A DNA stretch of 64,000 nucleotides from Octopus bimaculoides (taxonomy: Eukaryota), in NCBI RefSeq assembly GCF_001194135.2, contig NC_068983.1, positions 14,543,094-14,607,093 on the forward strand, written 5' to 3'. The notes beneath the pieces are model-generated. The model was not told the DNA's origin and did no database searches. It saw nothing but the letters and a program-made list of their open reading frames with translations. The position numbers were made by a program, and so were the translations under genes. Numbering within the stretch: position 1 is the first letter of the stretch; every line of letters starts with the position of its first letter. Positions 25,837 through 38,861 of the stretch are shown piece by piece.

Positions 25837-26737
25837 CTGCAAAAGTAGTTATTAAAACATGATACTGTTACAAGTATTTAACAACAATACTATCATTATA
25901 ACCATAATGTCGATAGACGATGTAGATAAAAGTTATAATAAACAAAAATGAATCCAGGATTTCTTTGCCATTGCAAAGATAGAAGTGAAAGAGCAACGGA
26001 TATATACGTTTAAAAGACATTCAAGAACTGTGGAACGGAATTTATCGTCTGACCAGAGATCTGGCACGAATTCTTGCAACAGTGTTGACTCCGTTCAATT
26101 CCCCAACGGCCAGATAAGTATGTTAAAATGGTCGACGGAATAATCCATCAGAAAGAAAGTATAAATAAATGAATTTCAAGAGTAAAGGGATACAAACAAA
26201 CGAACATTTTTTATTTTTTTAATTTTTTTAATGTAAATGATGAGAAGATAAACTACATCGAACATTGGAACGCCGAATGGAAATGAATAAAAATATTCAC
26301 GTAAAACATATGTCAAAATTTTTAAGAAAATAATGTTTCAAAAAACAAACGGAAAAATAATTGCTTTTAGCATTTCGTGATATTTTATGGCTTCACTTAA
26401 TCTTTTTGGTGGATGTCTCCAGTAGAGGTATTGATCAGCAATAAAACAGTTAACCAAGTTTAAAAATCTTGCAGGAAGTTAATATTTGAATTGTAGCAAT
26501 GTTTGTTTCTGTAAAAGCAACGTCGTGCTTAACGCACTGGTTAATTCGTTTCTGTAATAAATAAGGAACGAAAATAACAAGGCTGGAGTACTTCCCTTGC
26601 GGTTTGATTCCTCCTTTACTTTTATTGTACAAGTGCAAACATTTGCACGAGCACAAAATTCCCCCCTCACACAAACACTCACACACACGCACACGAGGTA
26701 TATTAAATATGTATATATGCAGCTATATTTATATACG

Positions 26738-27118
26738 TGAAGGTGCAATGGCCCAGTGGTTAGAGCAGCGGACCTGCGGTTATAGGATCGCAGTTTCGAT
26801 TCCCAGACCGGGCGTTGTGAGTGTTTATTGAGCGAAAACACCTAAAGCTCCACGAGGCACCGGGTGGGAATGGTGGCGAACCCTGCTGTACTCTTCCACC
26901 ACAACTTTCTCTCACTCTTTCTTCCTGTTTCTGTTGTGCCTGTAATTCAATGGGTCAGCCTTGTCACACTGTGTCATGCTGAATATCCCCGAGAACTACG
27001 TTAAGGGTACATGTGTCTGTGGAGTGCTCAGCCACTTGCATGTTAATTTCACGAGCAGGCTGTTCCGTTGATCTGATCAACTGGAACCCTCGACGTCGTA
27101 AGCGACAGAGTGCCAACA
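26738..27118 (+). mobile_element. Family B SINE
   Basis: Collinear with 19348-19730. Confidence 0.95.
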
Positions 27119-27153
27119 CATATATTCATATGTGTATGTTTATACACATGCAA

Positions 27154-27190
<37 letters not shown>

Positions 27191-27213
27191 AATATATATG
27201 CATATACATTTAT

Positions 27214-27570
27214 ACAGGTATTCATTTGACTGCAGTCATGTTGGTCAAACAAATCGATCTCCAGGACTTTTTTCTTGTACGCCAAGAACTCGTTCTTTTG
27301 ATATCTTCTGTCGAACCGCGAGGTTTCCCAGATGTAAACACACTAAAACCAGTTGTCAAACGGTGATGGGGGTTGGGTGGGAAACACATACATGCACACT
27401 CACATACACATATACAACGGATTTCTTTCAGTTTCCGTCTATAAATTCACTCACAAGTTTTTGGTTGGCCCGAGGCTATAGTACAAGACACTTGCCCAAT
27501 GTGCCACACGGAAGGACTGAATCCGGAACCATGAGGTTGGGTAGCAAGCTTCTGACCACACAGCCTGCGC
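27214..27570 (-). mobile_element. Family C SINE
   Basis: catttgactgcagtcatgttgg...ctttcagtttccgtcta...gacacttgccc...accacacagcctgcgc. Confidence 0.85.
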
Positions 27571-27913
27571 TTAATGTACTGCACGTGGTGTAAATAGAAA
27601 TGTTATATATATATATATATATATATNNNNNNNNNNNNNNNNNNNNNNNNNNNNNNNNNNNNNNNNNNNNNNNNNNNNNNNNNNNNNNNNNNNNNNNNNN
27701 NNNNNNNNNNNNNNNNNNNNNNNNNNNNNNNNNNNNNNNNNNNNNNNNNNNNNNNNNNNNNNNNNNNNNNNNNNNNNNNNNNNNNNNNNNNNNNNNNNNN
27801 NNNNNNNNNNNNNNNNNNNNNNNNNNNNNNNNNNNNNNNNNNNNNNNNNNNNNNNNNNNNNNNNNNNNNNNNNNNNNNNNNNNNNNNNNNNNNNNNNNNN
27901 NNNNNNNNNNNNT

Positions 27914-28182
27914 TCTTTTACTCTTTTACTTGTTTCAGTCATTTGACTGCGGCCATGCTAGAGCTCCGCCTTTATAGTCGAGCAAATCGACACCAGAGCT
28001 TATTCTTTGTAAGCCTAGTACATATTCTATCGGTCTATTTTGCCGAACCACTAAGTGTTACGGGGACGTAAACACACCAGCATCGGTTCTAAAGCGATGC
28101 TGGGGAGGGGACAGACAGACACACAAACATACACACACAAACACTCTCTCTCTCTCTCTCTCTCATACACACACACACACAG

Positions 28183-28223
<41 letters not shown>

Positions 28224-28337
28224 CGACGGGCTTCTTCCAGTTTCCGTCTACCAAATCGACTCACAATGCTTTGGTCGGCCCGACGCTATAGTAGAAGACA
28301 CATGCTCAAGGTGCCACGCAGTGGGACTGAACCCGGG
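27914..28337 (-). mobile_element. Family C SINE with internal (CA)(CT)(TA) microsatellite
   Basis: ttttactcttttacttgtttcagtcatttgactgcggccatgct...gggactgaacccgggaccatgtggttggtaagc. Confidence 0.93.
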
Positions 28338-28760
28338 ACCATGTGGTTGGTAAGCAGAGGGAGAGAGATGGAGAGAAAGAGAGATGGAGAGAGAGAGAGA
28401 TGGTACTTTAAAAGAAATGATACTTTAAAAGAAATCTGAATGAAAGAATATATACAATAAGTCACAGGAGCTAGCGAGAGAAATGGGAAAGAAATATTGG
28501 GTCACATAGCATTTAGATTAAATAGCTGCAAGCTTATTTTGTTATAACAAAAGTTTACTTACGCAGACATCTGCCATCTGTATCACAGTCTATTTAATAA
28601 AAATAATTTCATTTACAAAACCAGATTCGATAGAAATTACATCAGTAATTGTTTCAGTAATTGGACTGTAGAATCTCCAGGGCATCGCATTTAAGGGTTT
28701 CGTCGGGCAGAAATGGGTCTCAGTACATAGTTTATTTTAAAGTCTGGTACATTTTCTATA

Positions 28761-28925
28761 CAATGGCCCAGTGGTTCGGGCAGCGGACTCGCGGTCGGAG
28801 GATTGCGGTTTCGATTCCCAGACCGGGTGTCGTGTGTGTTTATTGAGTGGGGGGGAACACATATGCCATACAAACTGGGAAACTGGGCCCATGAGCCTGG
28901 CTAGGCTTTAAAAGTGTGTATAAAT
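28761..28925 (+). mobile_element. Chimeric SINE: family B head joined to family D tail
   Basis: B head up to gtgtttattgag, then gggaacacatatgcc...actgggcccatgagcctggctaggctttaaaag as in 58020-58085. Confidence 0.75.
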
Positions 28926-29551
28926 AAATAAAGTAAGCATTTTCTATAAATCTCTAATGCCAAATCATTAATGTACGGGTTTATTCTTTTATTTGTTTCA
29001 CTCGTTTGACTGAGGCCATGCTGGAGCACCGCCTTTAGTCGAAGAAATTGACCCCAGGACTTATTCTTTATAAACCTAATACTTATTCTATCACATTGGG
29101 GTCGATGTAATATGTTTACCCTTTCCCTAATGATAGGATTTCCCGAATGAGCTAATATGGGTATAGAGAAACAGTTCGGTAATCCAATTCATCTCTAGAT
29201 AGAGTATTCTGTATGCCAGCAGAGAGCATAGTTTGTCCTCAAGTTAAAATTATCGGCTACACAGGCTGCAAATTTATGATCTGTACAGTCGACATGGACT
29301 GGCTCCGTATGTATGGAACTCGGTTACTGAATTTTTTTTGCGTGAATGCTAGTACGCCAAATTCGTGGAGAAGTATTTAGCGAATGATTCAAGCGGGCGT
29401 TAATGATGGCAAGCACTAATAAAACAACGATAGTTGTTCATCCTTAAAAGTGCAATTATAGTAGAATCATTAAGTTCTAGTAAGGTTATTACGTTAGAGA
29501 AAGATAGAACAGAGAAAAGATTAGCTACAACTGAAAGATGCGCTTACTTAC

Positions 29552-29627
29552 GGCATCGCAAACGGATAGTTCATGGCGAGATTGGCACTCGATTAACTCT
29601 AACGCGAAGCAAAGCACGAAGGCTGAG
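29552..29627 (-). other. Candidate spliced exon (76 bp), product unknown
   Basis: Acceptor caattttacatctaacag, donor GCC|gtaagt, one open frame SAFVLCFALELIECQSRHELSVCDA. Confidence 0.35.
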
Positions 29628-29774
29628 CTGTTAGATGTAAAATTGTTTTTGTTTTTTGTTATGCTGGTCATATAAATATGTCAATCAGCACGCATTTACA
29701 GCAAGAATCAGTAACAACGCACAATACCACACAACACGTACAATGATAGAAATTATATTTATAGAAGACCAAGC

Positions 29775-30270
29775 AGGCGAGCTGGCAGAAACTTTAGCAG
29801 GCCAGGCGAAAGGCTTAGCGGTATTTCGTCTGCCGCTACGTTCTGAGTCGAAATTCCGCCTTTCATCCTTTCGGAGTCGATTAAATAAGTACCAGTTACG
29901 CACTTGGGTCGATGTAATCGACTTAATCCGTTTGTCTGTCCTTGTTTGTCCCCTCTGTGCGTAGCCCCTTGTGGGCAGTAAAGAAATAAGAAACGTTAGC
30001 GCTCCGGGTACAATGCTTACTGGTATTTCGTCTGCCGCTACGTTCTAAGTTCAAATTCCGCCGAGGTCGACTTTGCCTTTCATCCTTTCGAGGTCGATAA
30101 ATTAAGTAACATTCAATCTAATCTAGAGGAGTTCGTTAAAAGAGTCCTATAGAATAAGTATTAGGCTTACAAAGAATAAGAAATGGGGTGACTTTCTTCC
30201 ACTGAAAAATACCCTTTAAAGCGGTGCTCCAGCATAGCCGCAGTCAAATGACTGCAACAAGTATAAGAAT
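29775..30270 (+). mobile_element. Tandem family A SINE pair (29775-30110) followed by the 3' end of a family C SINE
   Basis: Full copy ending gggcagtaaagaaataa is followed at once by a second head gaaacgttagc; gcggtgctccagcatagccgcagtcaaatgac at about 30222. Confidence 0.85.
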
Positions 30271-30803
30271 AAATGAATAAAACAACTCACACACACACAC
30301 GCACACACATACATTTAATATCCCTTTTATACAATAAAATATATTTATGAATATAGCTCATCACACATATTTACAAAAACTGCAAGACATAAAGGGACAC
30401 GGAAAAATATGTGAAAGACCCTACACTGAACAGAGTTGTAAAACTGGTTCTCTGAGGACAACAACAAATTTTCTAAGAGGACACTGAACTCGCGCTACGT
30501 TCAATTAAATATTGATAACGCTATGGATAATAAATTTACGCTGGAGTTGAAAGTAAATTGCGAATTGCGTATATTTAACATGGAAGTAGCTCCTATTTTG
30601 GTTTATATAAGTGAGAGTTTGCGCAGAATTTGCTTGAGTAGGAGCTTACTCTGCCTCATCCGGCGATACGTGTCTCTCTCGCTCTCTCTCTCTCGCTCTC
30701 TCTCTCTCCCTCCTTCTCATTCTCCATCTCTCTCTGTATGCCCAGACACATATACATTCATGTATACATAAATACATATATACATACATACACACACACA
30801 CAC

Positions 30804-30848
<45 letters not shown>

Positions 30849-30904
30849 CATGCATGTCTGCATTCGTATTGAGTCCTGAAATTTATCACTTCTGGAGAAT
30901 CAAT

Positions 30905-30962
<58 letters not shown>

Positions 30963-31014
30963 ATATACATATATATATATATATATATATAGTAACGAGA
31001 TTGCACGTATAAAC

Positions 31015-31120
31015 AACAATTGCAGCAACATGACCGACAAACCCGTCAACACCAAACACTTCCTGAGAGAGCTAACTCTGAATGGCTACCCACCATCTTT
31101 AGCTAAACAACGCCGCTTTT
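31015..31120 (+). pseudogene. Penelope-like element RT C-terminal fragment
   Basis: INNNCSNMTDKPVNTKHFLRELTLNGYPPSL resembles the PLE RT thumb motif (RI...CS...F...L..NGYP). Confidence 0.5.
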
Positions 31121-32228
31121 TCCTGATGTATCGTCAAGCCTCTTTCGGTCGCAAAGGTCCTACAGCACAACTTGTACCCAAATTTATTTGCACTTCGTTC
31201 GCTGTTCGAAGGAGTAGCCGTATTCATGTCCAAGGTCATTTCCGTGTTAACAGTTTTCGCCTACAAAATTCACGAAAATGCTATTGGTGAGCCTGGAGTT
31301 ATAGTACAGGACACTTGGCCAGTCTGACTGAACTACAATCCGTGTGGTTACAAATTGATCCTCCTACTCACCCAGCCATACCCGCACCTAATGGGAGGAA
31401 ATATCTTGATTTTCAGAAAGGAATAAATGGGTACCAATGATGCCACTATTGTGTAAGCATGTTTCTTGTGTTTTCTGACTGCGTCCTGTCTGAAAATATC
31501 AGTGGTCCTTCAAGTGACATGAGTACACACGCTACTTTCTCTGTCTAAGCCATAATGAAAATATGGTGGTTATTATCAAGATTGAGCTGAAGTGTAAGAA
31601 TATATTGGAGAAGAGAGAAAAGTCTTCTGGAGATTGATTATTTATTCATCCAATTTTGCGAGACGATATTTATAAGATGTACATTTGTCTTTAAATAACA
31701 AATTTCAAAAGATTACATGTGATCGAATGAAATATTTGGCTAAAAAGAAATAATATTAAATATATTTATATATATATATATATTTATATATAAGTGTGTG
31801 TGCATGTGTCTATATGTACACACAAACATACACACAGACAAATATGTGTATATATATGTTATTTGTATATGTGTATGATGTGTGTATGTTTAATAGACAT
31901 CTGTATGCATGTGTATATATATGTGTGTGTGTGTCTCTCTGTATGTCCATGTAAACGTAGCCGCAATGCGAGGTTAGCAAACATTTCTCCTTATCTAAAA
32001 TATCTTACAACGCCAGAAATATTATTAGATATTTCTTAAGAAGGTATTACACAATTTTTATAAAGTGTCAGAGCCAAGATAAGTTTCAGTTAAAATAGAA
32101 GCACTTTATGTATTTCCTTATCGACTGTAACTCCCTCTACGTTTTTCTATGTATAGGATTCTACTCCACCCCACATACAAATAACACGTTGATACCCACA
32201 TATGTGTGCGCTTCTCTACCTTACACAG

Positions 32229-32608
32229 TGGAGGCGCAATGGCCCAGTGGTTAGGCCAGCGGACTTGCGGTCGTAGGATCGCGGTTTCGATTCCCAGACC
32301 GGGCTTTGCGAGTGTTTATTGAGCGAAAACACCTAAAGCTCCACGAAGCTCCGGCAGAGTATGGTGGCGAACTCTGCTGTACTCTTTCGCCACGACTTTC
32401 TCTCACTCATACTTTCTGTTTCTGTTGTGCCTGTAATTCAAAGGGTCAGCTTTGTCACACTGTGTCCCGCTGAATATCCCCCAGAACTACGTTAAGGGTA
32501 GACGTGTGTGTGGAGTGCTCAGCCACTTGCACGTTAATTTCACGAGCAGGCTGTTCCGTTAATCGGATCAACTGAAACCTTCGTCGTCGTAACCGACGGA
32601 GTGCCAAC
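32229..32608 (+). mobile_element. Family B SINE
   Basis: Collinear with the other B copies; possible degenerate TSD accttac on both sides. Confidence 0.95.
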
Positions 32609-32829
32609 CAAGCACCTTACTCAAGTAATATTTCTTTCATTCCCCCTCCGCCAAATTTTCCATTCCCTGTATCGGTTCTCGTTTCTTCTTTCTCCAAGAT
32701 AGTTTTATACACTTTTTATACACTTTTATTAACGCCTAAAATTTCTCTTACCGCTGCTCGCGATTTGTCTCATTCCCTCGCTGTATTTGTGTGCGAGTGT
32801 GTGAGTTTGTGCCTGTCTGTGTGATGAGC

Positions 32830-32877
<48 letters not shown>

Positions 32878-32879
<2 letters not shown>

Positions 32880-33409
32880 GGACGCGTCTGAAATGTCTAG
32901 AGACAAAACTTTCCTCTCTGGGGAATCTCTCATCAACTTCTTCAAGTATCACTTGAAGATGAAGGTGAGAGTAGAAAGGGAAGTTTTGTCTACCCAATTG
33001 TTCAAAAAACAATGGGTGAATGTAGCAAGGATGGCACGTGTGAATGACGGAGCCACCTTGAGCATAATCCTATAAACGAGATAAAAAAGGTAAAAAAAGA
33101 GTCACTTACTGTAATGAGTTTTTTCAATGACAATGACGATATTGGCCAAGGTTACTGTGGTCTTTTCCGTAGGCTTTTCGTTCCACGGATAAACCTAAAC
33201 TGTTCACCCTTTAACATCAGAACATTGCTGTGATATACGATCCCTTTTGATCACCCCACTTGTTTTTCTCTTTCTCTTTACGATCCCTTATGATCGAAAA
33301 TCTACCCCTATTTCTTTCTCTTTTTTTCTCTCCTTCCCCTTCTCCCCAAAAAGCTCTACTTTGTACCTTGTCCCCTCTGTGTTGAGCCCTGCGTGGCTAA
33401 TAAAGAAAC

Positions 33410-33410
<1 letters not shown>
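32878..33410 (+). mobile_element. 5'-truncated L1/Tx1-like LINE 3' end
   Basis: ORF end FLSGESLINFFKYHLKMKVRVEREVLSTQLFKKQWVNVARM...IL* (stop 33075), pyrimidine-rich 3'UTR, AATAAA at about 33399; sits between (ATCT)n and (TATG)n. Confidence 0.65.
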
Positions 33411-33440
<30 letters not shown>

Positions 33441-34059
33441 TGTATGTATGTATGTATGTATGTATGTACGTATGTATGTATCTATCTATGTATGTATCTA
33501 TACATACATACATGCATACATACATATTTCATCATGTTGAACCGCTACCACTACACATTTTTCTCCGTCTTTCTATTTCATTCTCTCCAATTTGTTTTCC
33601 TCCCAGTCTTTTCTGTCGGAGAGCGATGGTAAGAAACACGAAAGACTCCTCCATTCTTCCTTAAACTAATACACCTGCTTGTTATTCCTTCACATATCTT
33701 CGTCTTCTGTTTTCTATAAATTTGAACTATATATATGTGTGTGTATGTATGTATGTATGTATGTATGTATGTATGTATGTATGTATGTATGTATATATAC
33801 ATACATATATANNNNNNNNNNNNNNNNNNNNNNNNNNNNNNNNNNNNNNNNNNNNNNNNNNNNNNNNNNNNNNNNNNNNNNNNNNNNNNNNNNNNNNNNN
33901 NNNNNNNNNNNNNNNNNNNNNNNNNNNNNNNNNNNNNNNNNNNNNNNNNNNNNNNNNNNNNNNNNNNNNNNNNNNNNNNNNNNNNNNNNNNNNNNNNNNN
34001 NNNNNNNNNNNNNNNNNNNNNNNNNNNNNNNNNNNNNNNTATATATATGTATGTATATG

Positions 34060-35430
34060 TACCAGGAAACCAGCACATTGAAAGAATGAGAAGATTCAGA
34101 AATAAATATTCTGAGATCTCAAAAGGATTATTGTATATGTATATATAAAAGAGACCTCTAAGTGGACTGCTAATGTGCTAGAAGAAGAACACCGAAAAGT
34201 TCTCAAAGAAAAAATTCAGCGAAGCAAAAACATACGGGCGAGACTAGTGAAAATTATAGAAATAAATATAAGGTTTTCTGTAGACCATGGTTTCGAAATC
34301 AATACTTTCTTACCGAAAATATCTGTTTCACCTCAGTACAGACTGCCATAGAGATATAGTTCACAGAGTCGTGTGCTAGCTGTTCCCAACGAGTGAAAAA
34401 CGTGCACATGGTTGTATTAATTATATAGAGTAGTATTCAAAAGTCTTAGTTTTGGCGCGCTAGATCCGGAAATATCTCTGCAGAAAATAATTTCTGCATC
34501 AAATTTACCAACTTTCAGAACGTAATTATGGTTAATTAAAATAATAGGGTAAAAAAATAAATTGATATTAATTAATATAAGTTTAATACCAGGAAATCAG
34601 CATATTAAAAGAATCAGAAGATTCAGAAAAAGTTTTCTGAGATTTCAAAAGGATTATTGTATATGTATATATAAAAGAGACCACTAGGTGGATTGCTAAT
34701 GTGCTAGAATAAGATGACCGAAAAGTTCTCAATGAAAAGATTCAGTTTTGGATGAAATTTGTCATCTTGAAATTGTCTACTAACAATAATTCGGAAGATC
34801 AGCTCTATGACAAATTTGCTTTTGCTACAAATGTGCTAAAAGACGAAGAGGTAGAACTATTAGCTTCCTACAGCCATGGCACATGAAAGTATCTTTTATA
34901 AAAATTGTTGATAAGGAAGCATACGAAACCTGCACAATCATTAACAAACATCCCTGTGGTTGTTCGAATAAGATGTTCGGGCTTCCAATAACTACGTATC
35001 TCTATAAATCATTCAACACCGTTGTAGATAAGGAAGAGAAGAAATTCTTCCTTATCTTGCAGAATATTTATGTTTATTGGAGAATTCAGATATGCTACCG
35101 CACAGATTCAGTTAATATTCAGATCCCTAGTGATCCCTTATGCACAATTGTCATCATATACATTGACAAATAATTTAAAAAGAAGCTTATCGAGGCTAAA
35201 AATCTCAATAAAAGAGGGGATGTATTTATGCAGAGAATTTCGCTGATACCAACAAATATAATAATTAAGGAAGACTTCAGTTACCAGAATATCTGTTTTG
35301 CTATGTCAGTCAAGAAAAATACTGAAAAAGATGTGGCGAATTTTGCCTGGGCAAGGGTTGAAAATCAATACAATCTCTTTAATAGAACATTATTGCTTTT
35401 CTGTGGAAAAGTTATTTTCAATGAAAGAAA
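34060..35430 (+). pseudogene. Decayed Helitron PIF1-like helicase C-terminal region
   Basis: YLYKSFNTVVDKEE (about 35000) and VFMQRISLIPTNI...ICFAMSVKK (35220-35320) match the YKSIDTV and VFIPRIPLIP...LAFAMTINK motifs; internal 160-bp duplication. Confidence 0.65.
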
Positions 35431-35499
35431 ATGAATCGCTATTTCTCTATATTTTTAATGCAGTCCGATATCTAATGCACAGAATACGCTCACTCGCTA

Positions 35500-35705
35500 T
35501 TGGTCTCAAATTTTGGCTCCAAGCCAGCAATTTCGGGGAAGAGGCTGAGTCGATTACATCGACTCCAGTGCTCATCTGGTACTTATTTTATCAACCCCGA
35601 AGAATGAAAGGCTAAACCGACCCCGAGGGAATTTGAAATCAGAATGTAAATACAGACGAATTGCCGCTAAGCATGCTAACGAGTCTGCTAGTTCACCACC
35701 TTAAA
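35500..35705 (-). mobile_element. Family A SINE
   Basis: gtcgattacatcgactccagtg...ctggtacttattttatcaacccc...gaatttgaaatcag...ctgctagttcaccacc. Confidence 0.85.
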
Positions 35706-36498
35706 AATATATCATAAATATTGCGTGTAACTCATTAGCACAGTACATCAGACACTGCCTTCCATTAAAAAAATGAAAATAATACTGGTTAATTATTTCG
35801 TTCCTCTCATAAAGGATAATTTTTCAATCAAACAACAATAATGTTCAATTAAAACGACTATTTCATTAATAAAACTTAATAGCTAGTCTCCGAACTGGAC
35901 AAGGNNNNNNNNNNNNNNNNNNNNNNNNNNNNNNNNNNNNNNNNNNNNNNNNNNNNNNNNNNNNNNNNNNNNNNNNNNNNNNNNNNNNNNNNNNNNNNNN
36001 NNNNNNNNNNNNNNNNNNNNNNNNNNNNNNNNNNNNNNNNNNNNNNNNNNNNNNNNNNNNNNNNNNNNNNNNNNNNNNNNNNNNNNNNNNNNNNNNNNNN
36101 NNNNNNNNNNNNNNNNNNNNNNNNNNNNNNNNNNNNNNNNNNNNNNNNNNNNNNNNNNNNNNNNNNNNNNNNNNNNNNNNNNNNNNNNNNNNNNNNNNNN
36201 NNNNNNNNNNNNNNNNNNNNNNNNNNNNNNNNNNNNNNNNNNNNNNNNNNNNNNNNNNNNNNNNNNNNNNNNNNNNNNNNNNNNNNNNNNNNNNNNNNAA
36301 ACAAAATTGCTGCTCCAGTATGACCACAGCCACTTGGCTGAAAACCATAAATAAATAAATAAATACACTGTTTTTCTGATGTCTTTGCAGCTTTACCAAT
36401 AAAGCATATTACTCTACCCCGGTATTCGAGTAATAATTTTTCCACCTTGATTAACATTTATGTGCTTACTATGGTATATTTATATATATATGTATGTG

Positions 36499-36501
36499 CG
36501 C

Positions 36502-36560
<59 letters not shown>
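36499..36560. repeat. (CG)9(TG)22 alternating purine-pyrimidine tract (Z-DNA prone)
   Basis: Directly visible. Confidence 0.95.
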
Positions 36561-36563
<3 letters not shown>

Positions 36564-36659
36564 TACCGTGTCACATTATTGATCAATCAATCGAATGTTG
36601 CAACAAAGTACGACCTCGCATTATTATACCTTTCACATGATGCCACTCCTTTGGCTAGG

Positions 36660-36838
36660 GGCACAAGACAACTTCCCGTCTGGATGGGTAATATGTTAGC
36701 CATATGCAGCTGAGTGAACTGGAGCAAAGTGAAATAATGAAGTATTTTACTCTAGAACGCAAGGTTCCACAGATCTGGTATTCGAAATCTCAATCGTGCG
36801 ATCATGAGTGCAGCACCTTAACCACTAGGCCCCGCACC
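36660..36838 (-). mobile_element. Family D SINE, diverged
   Basis: Reverse complement ggggcctagtggttaaggtgctgcactcatgatcg...ttcactttgctccagttcactcagctg matches 57840-57980. Confidence 0.75.
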
Positions 36839-36842
36839 TGTC

Positions 36843-36885
<43 letters not shown>

Positions 36886-38084
36886 ATATATANNNNNNNN
36901 NNNNNNNNNNNNNNNNNNNNNNNNNNNNNNNNNNNNNNNNNNNNNNNNNNNNNNNNNNNNNNNNNNNNNNNNNNNNNNNNNNNNNNNNNNNNNNNNNNNN
37001 NNNNNNNNNNNNNNNNNNNNNNNNNNNNNNNNNNNNNNNNNNNNNNNNNNNNNNNNNNNNNNNNNNNNNNNNNNNNNNNNNNNNNNNNNNNNNNNNNNNN
37101 NNNNNNNNNNNNNNNNNNNNNNNNNNNNNNNNNNNNNNNNNNNNNNNNNNNNNNNNNNNNNNNNNNNNNNNNNNNNNNNNNNNNNNNNNNNNNNNNNNNN
37201 NNNNNNNNNNNNNNNNNNNNNNNNNNNNNNNNNNNNNNNNNNNNNNNNNNNNNNNNNNNNNNNNNNNNNNNNNNNNNNNNNNNNNNNNNNNNNNNNNNNN
37301 NNNNNNNNNNNNNNNNNNNNNNNNNNNNNNNNNNNNNNNNNNNNNNNNNNNNNNNNNNNNNNNNNNNNNNNNNNNNNNNNNNNNNNNNNNNNNNNNNNNN
37401 NNNNNNNNNNNNNNNNNNNNNNNNNNNNNNNNNNNNNNNNNNNNNNNNNNNNNNNNNNNNNNNNNNNNNNNNNNNNNNNNNNNNNNNNNNNNNNNNNNNN
37501 NNNNNNNNNNNNNNNNNNNNNNNNNNNNNNNNNNNNNNNNNNNNNNNNNNNNNNNNNNNNNNNNNNNNNNNNNNNNNNNNNNNNNNNNNNNNNNNNNNNN
37601 NNNNNNNNNNNNNNNNNNNNNNNNNNNNNNNNNNNNNNNNNNNNNNNNNNNNNNNNNNNNNNNNNNNNNNNNNNNNNNNNNNNNNNNNNNNNNNNNNNNN
37701 NNNNNNNNNNNNNNNNNNNNNNNNNNNNNNNNNNNNNNNNNNNNNNNNNNNNNNNNNNNNNNNNNNNNNNNNNNNNNNNNNNNNNNNNNNNNNNNNNNNN
37801 NNNNNNNNNNNNNNNNNNNNNNNNNNNNNNNNNNNNNNNNNNNNNNNNNNNNNNNNNNTGCTTTCATCTTTCCGTAACGTAAAGCATAAAAAAAACATTA
37901 TTTATATTCATATTTTATCCACTCATTTCAGCGTAGTTATTTCCATAAATATAATGGAATGTTACTTGTTTTAACAAACTATTATACCAGATAACGTTGT
38001 GAGCAGTTTATTTGCAAATTTATGAATACAGATAATGCAGTGTAGTTAGGAAGCTCTCCCTACAAATATATGATATCGGGTTTG

Positions 38085-38861
38085 ATCTGACATAGTGTCG
38101 GGTCCCTCGCCTTTTGACTCCTGAACAGAAATGCACCTGGTCCACTTCGTCCACGAGCAATCTGGAACTGTTTGAAGCTGATGAAAAGAATTTTCTTGCT
38201 CGTTTCATTACTATGGACGAAAGTTGGGTTCATCACTATCAGCTTGAAACCAAAGAACAATCAAAGCAGTGGAAGCATACATCTTCTCCTACTCCAAAGA
38301 AAGCCAGGGTGATTCTTTCAACTGGCAAGGTCATGGCATCAGTATTTTGGGGGATTCTCAAGGTGCCTTGCTGATCGATTAGCTTGAAAAGGGTCACACC
38401 GTGACAGGGCTGTATTATTCTCAGCTACAGAAACGCTTCCGAGAAGCAATCAAAGATAAAAGGCCGGGAATGCTCACCAGATGAGTCTTTTTTCATCACG
38501 ACAATGCTCCAGCCCACACCTCTGTGGTTGCCATGGCAACAATTCATGATTGTAGATACGAACTTGTTCCCCATCCACCTTATTCACCAGACTTAGCCCC
38601 CTCTGACTTTCATCTATTCCCAAAAATGAAAAAAGCCCCGGCTGGTCACCATTTTGCCAGGGACAATGACGTCATAGATGCTGTAGGATGTTTCTTGGAG
38701 TCTCAAACAAAAGAGTTCCTCTACGCTAGGATAATGGCGCTTCAGCACCGATGGAGAAAGTGTTCAGCCATCGAGGGGGACTATGTTGAAAAATAAAGCA
38801 TCAGAAGTCTTGTACTATGTTGTTTTTTTTTTGAGGCTCAAGACTTTTCATACACCCCACG
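38085..38861 (+). mobile_element. 5'-truncated mariner (DD34D) transposon with inactivated transposase and intact 3' TIR
   Basis: VPRLLTP...ITMDESWVHHY...VFW(fs)DSQG...HHDNAPAH...HPPYSPDLAPSDFHLF (34 residues between D2 and D3), one frameshift and two stops; ends ttgaggctcaagacttttcatacaccccacg|TA. Confidence 0.95.
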
